From assembly GCF_009914755.1 (NCBI RefSeq), contig NC_060940.1: DNA of 64,000 nt. The stretch is one strand, 5' to 3'. Origin of the DNA: the human T2T-CHM13v2.0 reference genome, Homo sapiens. The position numbers and the translations under genes were made by a program. The notes under the pieces are model-generated. The model made no database searches, was not told the DNA's origin, and saw nothing but the letters and a program-made list of their open reading frames with translations. Of this stretch, positions 14,401 through 30,000 are shown piece after piece (the stretch's first letter is position 1; the number at the start of each line of letters is the position of its first letter).

Positions 14401-17400
14401 CATTTGATTCAATTCGGTGATTTCATTTGATTCCATTCAGTGATGTTTCCATTCGACTCCATTCGATGATGATTCCATTCGACTACATTCGATTATGATT
14501 TCATTCAATTCCATTCGATAAAGATTCCCTTCGAGTCCAAACTATGATTCCATTCGATTCCATTCAACGATGATTTGATTCGTGTCCATTCGATGATTCC
14601 ATTTGATTCCACTTGATGAGGATTCCATTCGAGTCCATTTGATGATTCCATTCAATTCCATTCTCCGATGATTTCTTTTGAGCCCATTCAATGCTTCCAC
14701 TCGATTACATATGATGATGACTCCATTCGATGAAACTCGATGATGATTCCATTCGCTTGCATTCGATGATGATTCCACTTGAGTCCGTTAGAAGATTCTA
14801 TTCAATTACATTCCATGACGATTCTGTTCGAGTCCATTTGATGATTCCATTACACTCCATTCGACAATGATTCCATTCAATGTTATTCGATGATTCCATT
14901 CGATCTCATTCGATGATGATTCCATTCAAGTCCATTCGATGTTTCCATTCGAGTTCATTCTATTATTCCATTAGATTCCATTCGATGATGATTCCATTCG
15001 ATTCCATTTGATGATTGCATTCTATTTCATTTGATGATGATTCCATTCGAGTCCATTCGATGATTCCATTCGAGTCCATTTAATGAATCCATTGGTTTCA
15101 ATTCTATGATGATTATATTGGATTCCATTCGTTGATGATTTCATTCGATTCCATTCAATGATGATTCCATTCAATTCCATTCAATGATTCCATTCAATTC
15201 CATACGATGATGATTCCATTTGATTTGATTCGACAGTGAGCCATTCGATTCAATTCCATGATGATTCTGTTTGATTCACTTGGTTGACATTTCCATTCGA
15301 TTCCATTCGATGATGATTCCATTTGATTCCATTCAAAGATGATTCCATTCTAGCCCATTCAATCATTCCATTCGATTCTATTCAATGATGATTCCATTCA
15401 TGTCGATTTGGTGATTCCATTTGACTTCATTTGATGATGATTCCTTTCAAGTTCATTAGATGATTCCATTCGATTCCATTTGATGATGATCCCATTCGAG
15501 TCCATTCAGTGATTCCACTCGTTTCCATTCCATGATGATTCCATTCCATTCCATTCAATGATTCCATTCGATTCCGTTTGATGATGATTTCATTCGAGTC
15601 CATTTGATGATTCCATTTGATTCCATTCGATGATGATTCCATTCGAGTCCATTCGATGATTCTATTCGAATCCATTTGATGATTTCTTTTGATTATATTT
15701 GGTGATGATTCCATTGGAGTCCATTCAATGATTCCATTCGATTCCAATCGATGGTGGTTCCATTAGAGTCCATTTAATGATTCCATTTGATTCCAGTCTC
15801 TGATGTTTACATTCGAGTCCATACGATGATTCCACTCAATTCCATATGATGATGATTCCATTCGATTCCATTCGATGATTCCATTCTATTCTATTCAATG
15901 GTGATTCCATTCGAGTACATTAGATGATTCCATTCGATTCCATTCAATGATGATTCTATTTGTGTCCCTTAGATGATTCCACATGATTCCATTAGATGAT
16001 GATACTATTTGAGCCCATCCAATGATTCCCTTCGATTCCATTCGATGAGGATTCCATTCGATTCAATTCATTGGTGATTCTATTCAATTCAATTCTTTGA
16101 TTCAATTCCATTCCATTCGACAATGATTCCATTCGATTTCTTTCGATGATTCCACTCAATTTCACTTGACATTGATTCCATTCGATTCCATTCAATGATT
16201 CCATTTGATTCCAGTGGATGATGATTGCCGTCGATTCCATTCGATCACTCCATTCTGTTCCATTTGATGATGATTACATTCGATTCCATTTGATGATTCC
16301 ATCTGATTCTATTCGAGGATTCCATTTGATTCCATTCGATGATGATTCCATTCGAGTCCATTCGATGGTTTCATTCGAGTACATCCAATGATTCCATTCG
16401 AGTCCATTTGATGATTCCATTTCATTCCATTTGATTATGATTCTACTAGAGTCCATTCAATGACTCCATTCGAGTCCATTCAACAGTTCCATCCGAGTCC
16501 ATTCGATGATTCCATTCGATTCCATTTGATGATTCCATTCGAGTCCATTTAATCATTACAGTCGAGTCCATTTGGTGATTCCACTGGATTTCTTTTGATA
16601 ATGATACCATTCAATTACATTTGATGATGATCCCATTCAATTTCATTTGATGATGATTCCATTAGAGTCCATTCCCTGATTTCATTCGAGTCCCTTCATT
16701 GATTCCATCCGATTTCATTTCATGATGACTCCATTCGAGTCCATTCGATGATTCCACTCGATTCCTTTAGATGATTCCATTGGAGTCCATTTGATTGTTC
16801 CATTCGATTCCATTCGATTCCTTTCGAAGATTATTCCATTTGAGTCCATTCGATGATGATTCCATTCCATTCCATTCGATGATTCCGTTTGATTCCATTC
16901 GATGATTCCCTGCGATTCCTTTCTATGATGATTCCATTCCATTCCATTCAATGATTCCATTCGAATGTATTCCATGATGATTCCTTTCGATTCCATTCGC
17001 TGATGTTTCCGTTCAATTCCATTCGATGATGATTCCATTCGATTCCATTCATTGAGGATTCCATTGGATTCCATTCAATGATGATTCCATTCTATTCCAT
17101 TCAATGATTGCATTCAATTCCATTCAATGATTATGCCATTAGAGTAAATTCAACGATTCCATTCAATACCATTCGATGATGATTCCTTTTGAGTCCATTC
17201 AATGATTTCATTCAAGTCCATTTGATGATTCCTTTCAATTCCATTCCATGATGATTCCATTCGAGTCCATTCGATGATTCCATTCGATTGCATTCGATGA
17301 TTCCATTATATTCCATTCAACGATGATTCCATTCGAGTCCATTCGATGATTCCATTAGAGTACATTTAATGATTGCTTTGTTTTCAATTCGAAGATGATT

Positions 17401-20400
17401 ACATTGGATTCCATTCTATGATTCCATTCGATTGCATTCATTGATGATTCCACCCAATTCCATTCGATGATGATTCCATTCGATTTCAATGATTCTACTC
17501 GATTCCATTCAATGATGATTCAATTCTATTCCGTTTGATGATTCCATTAGATTCCATTCTATGATGATTCCATTCGAGTCCATTCGAAGATTTCATTCGA
17601 TTACATTCCATGACGATTCCATTCGAGTCCATTCGATGATTCCATTTGAATCCATTCGACGATGATTCCATTTGATGCTATCCGATGATTCCATTGGATT
17701 CCATTCGATGATGATTCCATTCGACTTGATTTGATGTTTCTATTTGAGTCCATTCGGTTATTTTATTAGACTACATTCGATGATGATTCCATTCGATGCC
17801 ATTCAATGATTCCATTTGATTCCACTCAATGATGATTGCATTCGTGTCCATTCGATGATTCCATTTGGTTCCATTTGATGATGATTCCATTCGAGTCCAT
17901 TCGATGATACCATTCAATTCCATTCGATGATCATTCCATTCGAATCCATTTGATGATTCCACTCAATTCCATTTGATGACTCCTTTCATTCCCATTCGAT
18001 GATTCCCTTCAGTTCCAATTGGATGATCTTTCCATTTGATTCAATATGGTGACTCCATTCTATTATATTCAATGATGATTCCATTCGACTCCATTAGATG
18101 ATGACTCCATTCCATTCCATTCGATTGTGATTTCATTCGATTCCATTCGAAGATGATTCCATTCGAGTCCATTTGATGATTCCATTCGATTCCATTCAAT
18201 GATGATTCCACTCAAATCCATTGGATGATTCCATTCGTTTCCAATTGGTGATTTCATTAGATTCCATTCGAGGATGATTCTATTCGAGTCCATTCAATGA
18301 TTCCATTGGATTCCGTTTGATAATGATTCCATTAGAGTTCATTCGATGATTCCCTTCGAGTCCATTCGATTATTTCTTTTGATTCCATTTGATGATGATT
18401 CCATTCGATTCCATTCAATGATTCCATTCCATTCCATTCGATGATGATTCCATTCGATAATGATTACATTCGAGCCCATGTGATGATTCCATTAGATTCT
18501 ATTCAATGATGATTCCATTCGACCACATTCGATGATGGCATTCGAGTCCATTCGATGATTTCACTCGATTCCACTTGATGATGATTCCTTTTGAGTCCAT
18601 TTGATGATTACATTCGAGTCCATGAGATGACTCCATTCGATTCCATTTCATGATGATGCAATTCGAGGCTATTCGATCATCCCATTTTAGTGCATTCGGT
18701 GATTCTCTTTTATTACATTCGATGAGGGCTCCATTCGAGTCCATTCAATGATTCCATTAGATTCCACTCGATGATGATTCCATTTGAGTCCATTCAAAGA
18801 TTCCTTTCGAGTCCATTCGATAATTCTATTGGATTCCACTAGGTGATGATTCCTTTCGAGTCAATTCGATGATTCCTTTCAAGTGCCTTCAATGATTCCA
18901 TTCGATTCCATTCGATGACGATTCATTTCAAGTCCATTCAATGGTTCCATTCTGTTGAATTTGATGGTTCCATTTGATTCCATTCGATGATGATTCCATT
19001 CGTGTCCATTGGATGATTCCATTCGATTCCTTTCGAGGAAGATTCCATTCGACTCCATTCGATGATTCCGTTCGATTCCATTCCATGATGATTCCATTTG
19101 ATTCCATTCCATGATTCCATTCGATACCATTCGATGATGATTCCATTCGACTCCATTTGATGAATCCATTCAATGCTTCCATTCGAGTCCATTCGATGAT
19201 TCCATTCGATTCCATTCCATGAAGATTCCATTCGAGTACATTTGATGATTCCATTTAATTCCATAGGATGATGATTCTATTAGGGTCCGTTGACTATTCC
19301 ATTCAATTCCATTCGAAGATTCCATTCGAGTCCACTCGATGATTCTATTTGATTCCATTTGATAATTCCATTCGATTCCATTTGATGTTGATTCCATTCG
19401 AGTCCATTCGATCATTATTACATTTGATTCTATTCGATGATTCCATTCGATTCCATTTGATGAGGATTCCATTCGAGACCATTTGATGATTCCATTCAAT
19501 TCCATTGGATGATTCCAATATTTTCCATTAGATGATGATTCCATTCGATTCCATTCAATGATGATTCCATCAGAATCCATTCGATGATGACTCCTTTTGC
19601 TTCCATTCAATGATCATTACATTCGGTTCCATTCGATGATGATTCCTTTGGATTCCATTCGATGATGCTTCCATTCGATTCCATTTGATGATGATTCTTT
19701 TCGATTCCATTTGATGATGATTCCATTTGATTCCATTCGATGGTGATTCCATTTGATGATTCCATTCGATTGTATTCGATGATGATTCCACTCGATTCTA
19801 TTTGATGATGACTGCATTCGATTCCATTTGATGATTCCATTTGATTCCATTCGATGATGATTCTGATCAATTGCATTCGATGATCCATTCGATTCCATTT
19901 GATGGTTCCATTTGATTCCATTTGATAATGATTCCTTTCGAGTCCATTCGATGATTCCATTTGCGGATATTCGATAATTCCATTTGAGTCCAACCGATGA
20001 TTCCATTCGAGGCCATTCAATCATTCTTTTTGAGTCCTTTCGATAAAGATTCCATTTTAGTCCATTCAATAATTCCACTGGAGTCCATTCGATGATTGCT
20101 TTTAATTCCATTCGATGATATTCCATTCGAGTCCATTCGATGATTCCATTCGTTGCTATTAGATGATGATTCCATTCATGACCATTTGGTGATTCCATTC
20201 GATTTCATTCGTTGATGATTCCATTCGAGTCCATTCCATGATTCCATTCAAGTCCATTTGATGATTTCTTTGAATTCAATTCGATGATGATTCCATTCGA
20301 GTCCATTCGATGATTCCATTCAGTTCCATTCGATGATGATTCCTTTCGAGACCATATGATGATTCCATTTGATTTCATTCGATGATGATTCCATTCGATT

Positions 20401-23400
20401 CCATTCGATGATTCCATTCTATTCCATTCGATGATGATTCCATTCGAGTCCATTTAATGATTCCATTGGGTTCAATTCAATGATGATTACATTGGATTCT
20501 CTTCTATGATACCATTCAATTCCGTTCATTGACAATTTGATTCCATTCGATGATGATTCCATTTGAGTTCATTCGATGATTCTATTCGATTCTCTTCGAT
20601 GGTGATTCAATTCTATTATATTGGATGATTCCATTCGATTCCATTTGATGTTGATTCAATTCGATTCTATTCGATGATGATTCCATTGGATTTCATTTGA
20701 TGATTCTATTCGATTCCATTCAATGATGATTCACTTCTCGTCCATTGGATGATTCCATTTCATTCCATTCGATGATGATTCCATTCGATTCCATTCGATG
20801 ATTCCATTTGATTCCATTCGACGGTGAGCAATTCGATTCAATTCCATGATGATTCTATTTGATTCAGTTAGATGATGTTTCCATTCGAATCCATTCCATG
20901 ATTATTCCATTGGAATCCATTCGGCGATGATTCCATATGAGTCAATTCAATGATGCTTCCATATGGGTCAGTTCGATGATAATTCCATTTGATTTCATTC
21001 GATGCTTCTATTCAATTCCAGTCGATGATGATTCCGTTGGAGTCCATACGATGACTCCATTTGATTTCATTTGATGATGATTCCATTCGATTCCATTCGA
21101 TGACTCCATTCTGTTCCATTCGATGATGATTCCATTCGAGTCCATTCGATGATTCCATTCGAGTCCATTTCATGATTCCATTGGGTTCAATTCGATGATG
21201 ATTACACTGGATTCCATTCTATGATTCCATTCAATTCCATTCGTTGATGATTCGATTCCATTCAATGATGATTCCATTTGAGTTCATTCGATGATTCTAT
21301 TCGATTCCGTTCGATGGTGATTCAATTCTATTATATTGGATGATTCCATTCGATTCCATTTGATGATGATTCCATTCGATTCCATTCGATGATGATTCCA
21401 TTTGATTCCATTTGATGTTGATTCTATTCGATTCTATTCAATGATGATTCCATTCGATTTCATTTGATGATTCTATTCGATTCCTTTCGATGATTCTATT
21501 CCATTCCATTCGATGATGATTCAATTCTCTTCCATTGGATGATTCCATTTTATTCCATTCGACGATGACTCCATTTGATTCCATTCAATGATGATTCCAT
21601 TCGATTCCATTCGGTGATTCCATTTGATTCCATTCGACGGTGAGCAATTTGATTCAATTCCATAATGATTCTATTTGATTCAATTAGATGATGTTTCCAT
21701 TCGAATCCATTCGGTGATGATTCCATTGGTATCCATTCGACGATGATTCCATATGAGTCAATTCGATGATGATTCCATACGAGTCCGTTGGATGATAATT
21801 CCATTTGATTTCATTCATTCCTTCTATTCGATTCCACTTGATGATGATTCCATCTGAATCCATTCTCCGATTCCATTCGATTTCATTCGATGCTTCTATT
21901 TGATTTCATTCGAAGATGATTCCTTTCAATTCCGTTCATTAATTCCATTTGATTCCATTCGATGATGATTCCATCCGATTCCATTGGATGATGATTCCAT
22001 TCGAGTCCATTCGATGATTCCGTTCTAATCCATTCTATGATTCCATTCGAGTCCATTCGATGATTCCATTCGATTCCATTCAGTGATGATTCCATTTGAT
22101 TCCATCTGATGATGATTTCATTTGATTCCATTCGATGATGATTCCATTGGAGTCCATTGAATGATTCAATTCAATTCCATTCCATGTGGATTCCATTCGA
22201 ATTCATTCGATTATTCCATTCAAATCCCTTCGTTGATTCCATCTGATTCCACTTGACGATGATTCCATTCAAGTCCAATCGATGATTCCATTCGGTTCCA
22301 TTCAATGATTCCATTCGAGTCCATTTATGTATTATATTCGTGTCCACTTGATGACTCACTCCATTCAATTCCATTTAATGATGATTCCATTTGATTCCAT
22401 TTGATGATTCAGTTCGATTCCTTACAATGATTCCCTACGATTCCTTTCTATGATGATTCCATTCGATTCCATTCATTGATGATTCCATTCGACTCCATTC
22501 GATGATGATTCCTTTCGATTCCATTTGACGATGTTTCCATTTGAGTCCATTCGATGATGATTCCATTGGTATCCATTCGACGATGATTCCATATGAGTCA
22601 ATTCGATGATGATTCCATACGAGTCCGTTGGATGATAATTCCATTTGATTTCATTCAATCCTTCTATTCGATTCCATTTGATGATGATTCCATCTGAATC
22701 CATTCTCCGATTCCATTCGATTTCATTCGATGCTTCTATTTGATTTCATTCGAAGATGATTCCTTTCAATTCCATTCATTAATTCCATTTGATTCCATTC
22801 GATGATGATTCCATCCGATTCCATTGGATGATGATTCCACTCGAGTCCATTCGATGATTCCGTTCTAATCCATTCTATGATTCCATTCGAGTCCATTCGA
22901 TGATTCCATTCGATTCCATTCAGTGATGATTCCATTTGATTCCATCTGATGATGATTTCATTTGATTCCATTCGATGATGATTCCATTGGAGTCCATTGA
23001 ATGATTCAATTCAATTCCATTCCATGTGGATTCCATTCGAATTCATTCGATTATTCCATTCAAATCCCTTCGTTGATTCCATCTGATTCCACTTGACGAT
23101 GATTCCATTCAAGTCCAATCGATGATTCCATTCGGTTCCATTCAATGATTCCATTCGAGTCCATTTATGTATTATATTCGTGTCCACTTGATGACTCACT
23201 CCATTCAATTCCATTTAATGATGATTCCATTTGATTCCATTTGATGATTCAGTTCGATTCCTTACAATGATTCCCTACGATTCCTTTCTATGATGATTCC
23301 ATTCGATTCCATTCATTGATGATTCCATTCGACTCCATTCGATGATGATTCCTTTCGATTCCATTTGACGATGTTTCCATTTGAGTCCATTCGATGATGA

Positions 23401-24092
23401 TTCAATTCAGTTCTGTTCTATTATGAATCCATTCGATTTCATTCAATGCTTCTATTTGATTCCATTCGACGATGATTCCATCTCTTTCCCTTCGATGATT
23501 CCATTTGATTCCATTCAGTGATGATTCCATTTGATTCCATCTGATGATGATTTCACTTGATTCATTTCAATGATGATTCCATTCAAGTCCATTCGATGAT
23601 TCCATTGGAGTCCAAACGATCATTCCATTCGATTCCATTCAATGATGATTCCATTCATGTCCATTCAATGAATCCTTTCAATTCCATTCGATGATGACTC
23701 CATTCGAGTACATTCGATGATTCCATTTGATTCCATCTGATGATGATTACATTCAATTCCATTCGAAGATGATTCCATTCAATTCCACTTGATGATGATT
23801 CCGTATGAATCCATTCGCTGATTATTCCATTCGATTCCATTCATTGACGATTCCATTCGATTCCATTCAATGATGATTCTCTTCTATTGCATTCGATGAT
23901 TCCGTTCGATTCCATTCGATGATGATTCCATTAGATTCCATTCGATTGTTGCATTCGATTCCCTTCGATGATGATTCCTTTGAATTCCATTCGATTATGA
24001 TTCCGTATGAATCCATTTGATGATTATTCCATTGGATTCCTTTCGATGATGATTCCATTCGATTCCATTTGATGATGTTTCTCATGTATTCC
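11429..24092 (+). repeat. Higher-order unit U2 (12,664 bp = 11,824 + 840-bp duplication)
   Basis: Landmark ORFs 11955>24619 and 15992>28656 differ by 12664. GTCGAC occurs at 12392 and 25056. Confidence 0.93.
21721..23400 (+). repeat. 840-bp internal tandem duplication in U2 (21721-22560 / 22561-23400)
   Basis: TTCCATTGGTATCC occurs at 21721 and 22561. ORFs 21883/22723 and 22171/23011 are identical at offset 840. Confidence 0.95.
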
Positions 24093-27000
24093 ATTTGATA
24101 ATTCCTTTCAATTCCCTTCGATGATGATTCTTTCGAGTCAATTCGATGATTCTATTCCATTCCCTTCGATGATGATTCCATTTCACTCCATTCGATGATT
24201 CCATTCGATTCAATTTGGTGATGATTCAATTCGATGACATTCGATGACTCCATTCAATTTCATTTGATGATGATTACATTCGAGTCCATTTGATGATTGT
24301 ATTCCTTTCCTTTTGATGATTATTCCATTCGTGTCTATTCAAAGATTCCATTCTATTCCATTCAACGATGATTCCAATTGATTCCATTCAATGATTATGG
24401 CTATCGATTCCACTCGTTGATTCCATTTGATTCCATTCGATGATTATTCCGTTAGATTCCATTAGGAGATTCCATTCGATTTTATTCAATGATTCCAATT
24501 GATTCCATTCAATGATGATTCCATTCGACTCCATTCAGTGATTCCATTTGAGTCCATTTGATGATTCCATTCGAGTCCATTTGGTGATTCCATTCTTTTC
24601 CATTTGATGATGATTCCATTAGGGTCCATTCAATGATTCCATTCGAGTCCATTCGTTAATGCCTTTCGAGTCCTTTTGATCACTACATTCGAGTCCATTC
24701 AATGATTCTATTCGATTCCATTCCATGATGATTCCATTCGAGTTCATTCGATGATTGCATTCGAGTCCATTTGATGATTCCATAAGATTCCATTCGACAA
24801 TGATTCCATTCGTGTCCATTTGATGATTCCATTCATTTCCTATCGATGAAGATTCCATTCGAGTGTATTCGATGATTCCATTCAAATCCATTCGATGATG
24901 ATTCCATTCCAGTCCATTCGATCATTCCACTTGATTCCATTTGATGACTATTCCATTCAAATCCATTTGATGATTCCATTCGATTCCATTCGATGTTACC
25001 ATTCCAGTATATACGATGATTCCACTCGATTCCATTTGATGATTATTCCATTGGAGTCGACTTAGTGAATCCTTTAGATTCTACTCGAAGATGATTCCAT
25101 TCGAGTCCATTCGATGATACCATTCAATTCCATTCGTTGATGCTTCCATTCAAGTGCATTCGATGATATCATTCGATTCCATTTGATGATAATTCCATTT
25201 GATTCCATGTGATGATTCTATTCCATTCCATTCAATGATAATTCCATTCAATTCAGTGATTCCTCTGGACTCCATTTGATGATGATTCCATTCAATGATT
25301 CCATTCGATTCTATTCGAAAATGATTCCATTTGAATCCATTTGATGATGATTCCATTCGATTCCATTTGATGATTCCATTCGATTCCATTCGACGATGAT
25401 TCCATTCGATTCCATTTGATGATTCCATTCTATTCTATTCGATGATGATTCCATTCGATTCCATTCGATGATGATTGGATTCGATTCCATTTGATGATTT
25501 CATTTGATTCAATTCGATGATGATTTCGATCAATTCCATTCGATGATTCCATTCGATTCCATTTGATAATGATTACATCCGAGTCCATTCGATGATTCCA
25601 TTTGAGCCCGTTCGATAATTCCATTTGAGTCCAATCAATGATTCCATTCATTTCCATTCAATGATTCCATTCGAGTCCATTTGATCATTCCGGTAGGGTC
25701 CGTTCGATGTTGATTCCATTGGAGTGCCTTCGATGATTCCATTCGAGTCCATTTTAGGATTTGATTCGAGTCCTTTCGATGATTCCATTCGATTCCACTC
25801 GATGATGATTTCATTCGAGTCCATTCGACACTTCCAATCGATTCCATTTGATGTTTCCATTCGAGTCCAATTGATGATTCCATTCAATTCCATTCGATGA
25901 TGATTCCGTACGATTCCATTCTGTGATGATTCCATGTGATTGCATTCAATGATGATTCCTTTCGATTGCATTCGATTATGATTCATTTCGTGTTCATTCT
26001 ATGGTTCCACAGGTTTCACATCGTGTCCATTCCATTATTCCATTCTATTCCATTTGATGATGATTCCATTCGATTCCATTCATTGGTGATTCCACTCAAT
26101 TCCATTCAATGATTCCATTCCATTTCTTTCAACAATGATTCCATTAGTTTCTAATCGATGATCCACTTGATTCCATTTGACGATGATTCCATTCTTGTCC
26201 ATTCGATGATTCCATTTGATTCCATATGATGATGATTCCATTCGATTCCACACGATGATTATTCCATTCGAGTCCATTCAATGGTGATTCCATTCAATTC
26301 CATTCGATGATTCCTTTCGATTCCATTTGATGATGATGGCATTCGATTCCTTTCAATCATTCCCTTTGATTCCACTCAAAGGTGATTTCATTCAAGTCCA
26401 TTCGATAATTGCATTCGATTCCATTCTATGATGATTCCATTCGAGTCCATTTGATGATTCCATTCAATTCAAGTCAATGATGATTCCATTCGATTCCATT
26501 CGATGATTCCATTGGATTCCATTCGATGATGATTCCATTCAAATCCATTCGATAATTCAATTCACGTCCATTCGATGATGATTCCAATCGAATCCATTCA
26601 AAGATTCCATTCAATTCCATTCGATGATTCCCTTAGATTCCATTCGATGATTCCACTTGATTCCATTTACGATGATTCCATTCGATTCCATGTGATGATT
26701 CCATTCAATTCTATTCAATGATGTTTCCATTTGATTCCATTCGACCATGATTGCCTTTGATTCCATTCAATGATTCCATTCGGTTCCGTTTGATGATGAT
26801 TCCGTTCGATTCCATTTGATGATTCCATTTGATTCCATTGGATGAGTCCATTCGATTACATTCGATGATTATTCCATTCGAGTGCATTAGATGATTCCAT
26901 TCGAGTCCATTCGATGATTCCATTCGAGTCCATTCGATGATTCCATTCGATTCCATTCGATGTTGATTCTGTTCAAATCCATTCGATGATTCCACTCGAT

Positions 27001-30000
27001 TCCATTCGATGACTCCATTTGATCCCATTCGATGATTTCCTTTGATTCCCTTTGATGATCATTCCATTTGATTCAATTCGGTGATTTCATTTGATTCCAT
27101 TCAGTGATGTTTCCATTCGACTCCATTCGATGATGATTCCATTCGACTACATTCGATTATGATTTCATTCAATTCCATTCGATAAAGATTCCCTTCGAGT
27201 CCAAACTATGATTCCATTCGATTCCATTCAACGATGATTTGATTCGTGTCCATTCGATGATTCCATTTGATTCCACTTGATGAGGATTCCATTCGAGTCC
27301 ATTTGATGATTCCATTCAATTCCATTCTCCGATGATTTCTTTTGAGCCCATTCAATGCTTCCACTCGATTACATATGATGATGACTCCATTCGATGAAAC
27401 TCGATGATGATTCCATTCGCTTGCATTCGATGATGATTCCACTTGAGTCCGTTAGAAGATTCTATTCAATTACATTCCATGACGATTCTGTTCGAGTCCA
27501 TTTGATGATTCCATTACACTCCATTCGACAATGATTCCATTCAATGTTATTCGATGATTCCATTCGATCTCATTCGATGATGATTCCATTCAAGTCCATT
27601 CGATGTTTCCATTCGAGTTCATTCTATTATTCCATTAGATTCCATTCGATGATGATTCCATTCGATTCCATTTGATGATTGCATTCTATTTCATTTGATG
27701 ATGATTCCATTCGAGTCCATTCGATGATTCCATTCGAGTCCATTTAATGAATCCATTGGTTTCAATTCTATGATGATTATATTGGATTCCATTCGTTGAT
27801 GATTTCATTCGATTCCATTCAATGATGATTCCATTCAATTCCATTCAATGATTCCATTCAATTCCATACGATGATGATTCCATTTGATTTGATTCGACAG
27901 TGAGCCATTCGATTCAATTCCATGATGATTCTGTTTGATTCACTTGGTTGACATTTCCATTCGATTCCATTCGATGATGATTCCATTTGATTCCATTCAA
28001 AGATGATTCCATTCTAGCCCATTCAATCATTCCATTCGATTCTATTCAATGATGATTCCATTCATGTCGATTTGGTGATTCCATTTGACTTCATTTGATG
28101 ATGATTCCTTTCAAGTTCATTAGATGATTCCATTCGATTCCATTTGATGATGATCCCATTCGAGTCCATTCAGTGATTCCACTCGTTTCCATTCCATGAT
28201 GATTCCATTCCATTCCATTCAATGATTCCATTCGATTCCGTTTGATGATGATTTCATTCGAGTCCATTTGATGATTCCATTTGATTCCATTCGATGATGA
28301 TTCCATTCGAGTCCATTCGATGATTCTATTCGAATCCATTTGATGATTTCTTTTGATTATATTTGGTGATGATTCCATTGGAGTCCATTCAATGATTCCA
28401 TTCGATTCCAATCGATGGTGGTTCCATTAGAGTCCATTTAATGATTCCATTTGATTCCAGTCTCTGATGTTTACATTCGAGTCCATACGATGATTCCACT
28501 CAATTCCATATGATGATGATTCCATTCGATTCCATTCGATGATTCCATTCTATTCTATTCAATGGTGATTCCATTCGAGTACATTAGATGATTCCATTCG
28601 ATTCCATTCAATGATGATTCTATTTGTGTCCCTTAGATGATTCCACATGATTCCATTAGATGATGATACTATTTGAGCCCATCCAATGATTCCCTTCGAT
28701 TCCATTCGATGAGGATTCCATTCGATTCAATTCATTGGTGATTCTATTCAATTCAATTCTTTGATTCAATTCCATTCCATTCGACAATGATTCCATTCGA
28801 TTTCTTTCGATGATTCCACTCAATTTCACTTGACATTGATTCCATTCGATTCCATTCAATGATTCCATTTGATTCCAGTGGATGATGATTGCCGTCGATT
28901 CCATTCGATCACTCCATTCTGTTCCATTTGATGATGATTACATTCGATTCCATTTGATGATTCCATCTGATTCTATTCGAGGATTCCATTTGATTCCATT
29001 CGATGATGATTCCATTCGAGTCCATTCGATGGTTTCATTCGAGTACATCCAATGATTCCATTCGAGTCCATTTGATGATTCCATTTCATTCCATTTGATT
29101 ATGATTCTACTAGAGTCCATTCAATGACTCCATTCGAGTCCATTCAACAGTTCCATCCGAGTCCATTCGATGATTCCATTCGATTCCATTTGATGATTCC
29201 ATTCGAGTCCATTTAATCATTACAGTCGAGTCCATTTGGTGATTCCACTGGATTTCTTTTGATAATGATACCATTCAATTACATTTGATGATGATCCCAT
29301 TCAATTTCATTTGATGATGATTCCATTAGAGTCCATTCCCTGATTTCATTCGAGTCCCTTCATTGATTCCATCCGATTTCATTTCATGATGACTCCATTC
29401 GAGTCCATTCGATGATTCCACTCGATTCCTTTAGATGATTCCATTGGAGTCCATTTGATTGTTCCATTCGATTCCATTCGATTCCTTTCGAAGATTATTC
29501 CATTTGAGTCCATTCGATGATGATTCCATTCCATTCCATTCGATGATTCCGTTTGATTCCATTCGATGATTCCCTGCGATTCCTTTCTATGATGATTCCA
29601 TTCCATTCCATTCAATGATTCCATTCGAATGTATTCCATGATGATTCCTTTCGATTCCATTCGCTGATGTTTCCGTTCAATTCCATTCGATGATGATTCC
29701 ATTCGATTCCATTCATTGAGGATTCCATTGGATTCCATTCAATGATGATTCCATTCTATTCCATTCAATGATTGCATTCAATTCCATTCAATGATTATGC
29801 CATTAGAGTAAATTCAACGATTCCATTCAATACCATTCGATGATGATTCCTTTTGAGTCCATTCAATGATTTCATTCAAGTCCATTTGATGATTCCTTTC
29901 AATTCCATTCCATGATGATTCCATTCGAGTCCATTCGATGATTCCATTCGATTGCATTCGATGATTCCATTATATTCCATTCAACGATGATTCCATTCGA

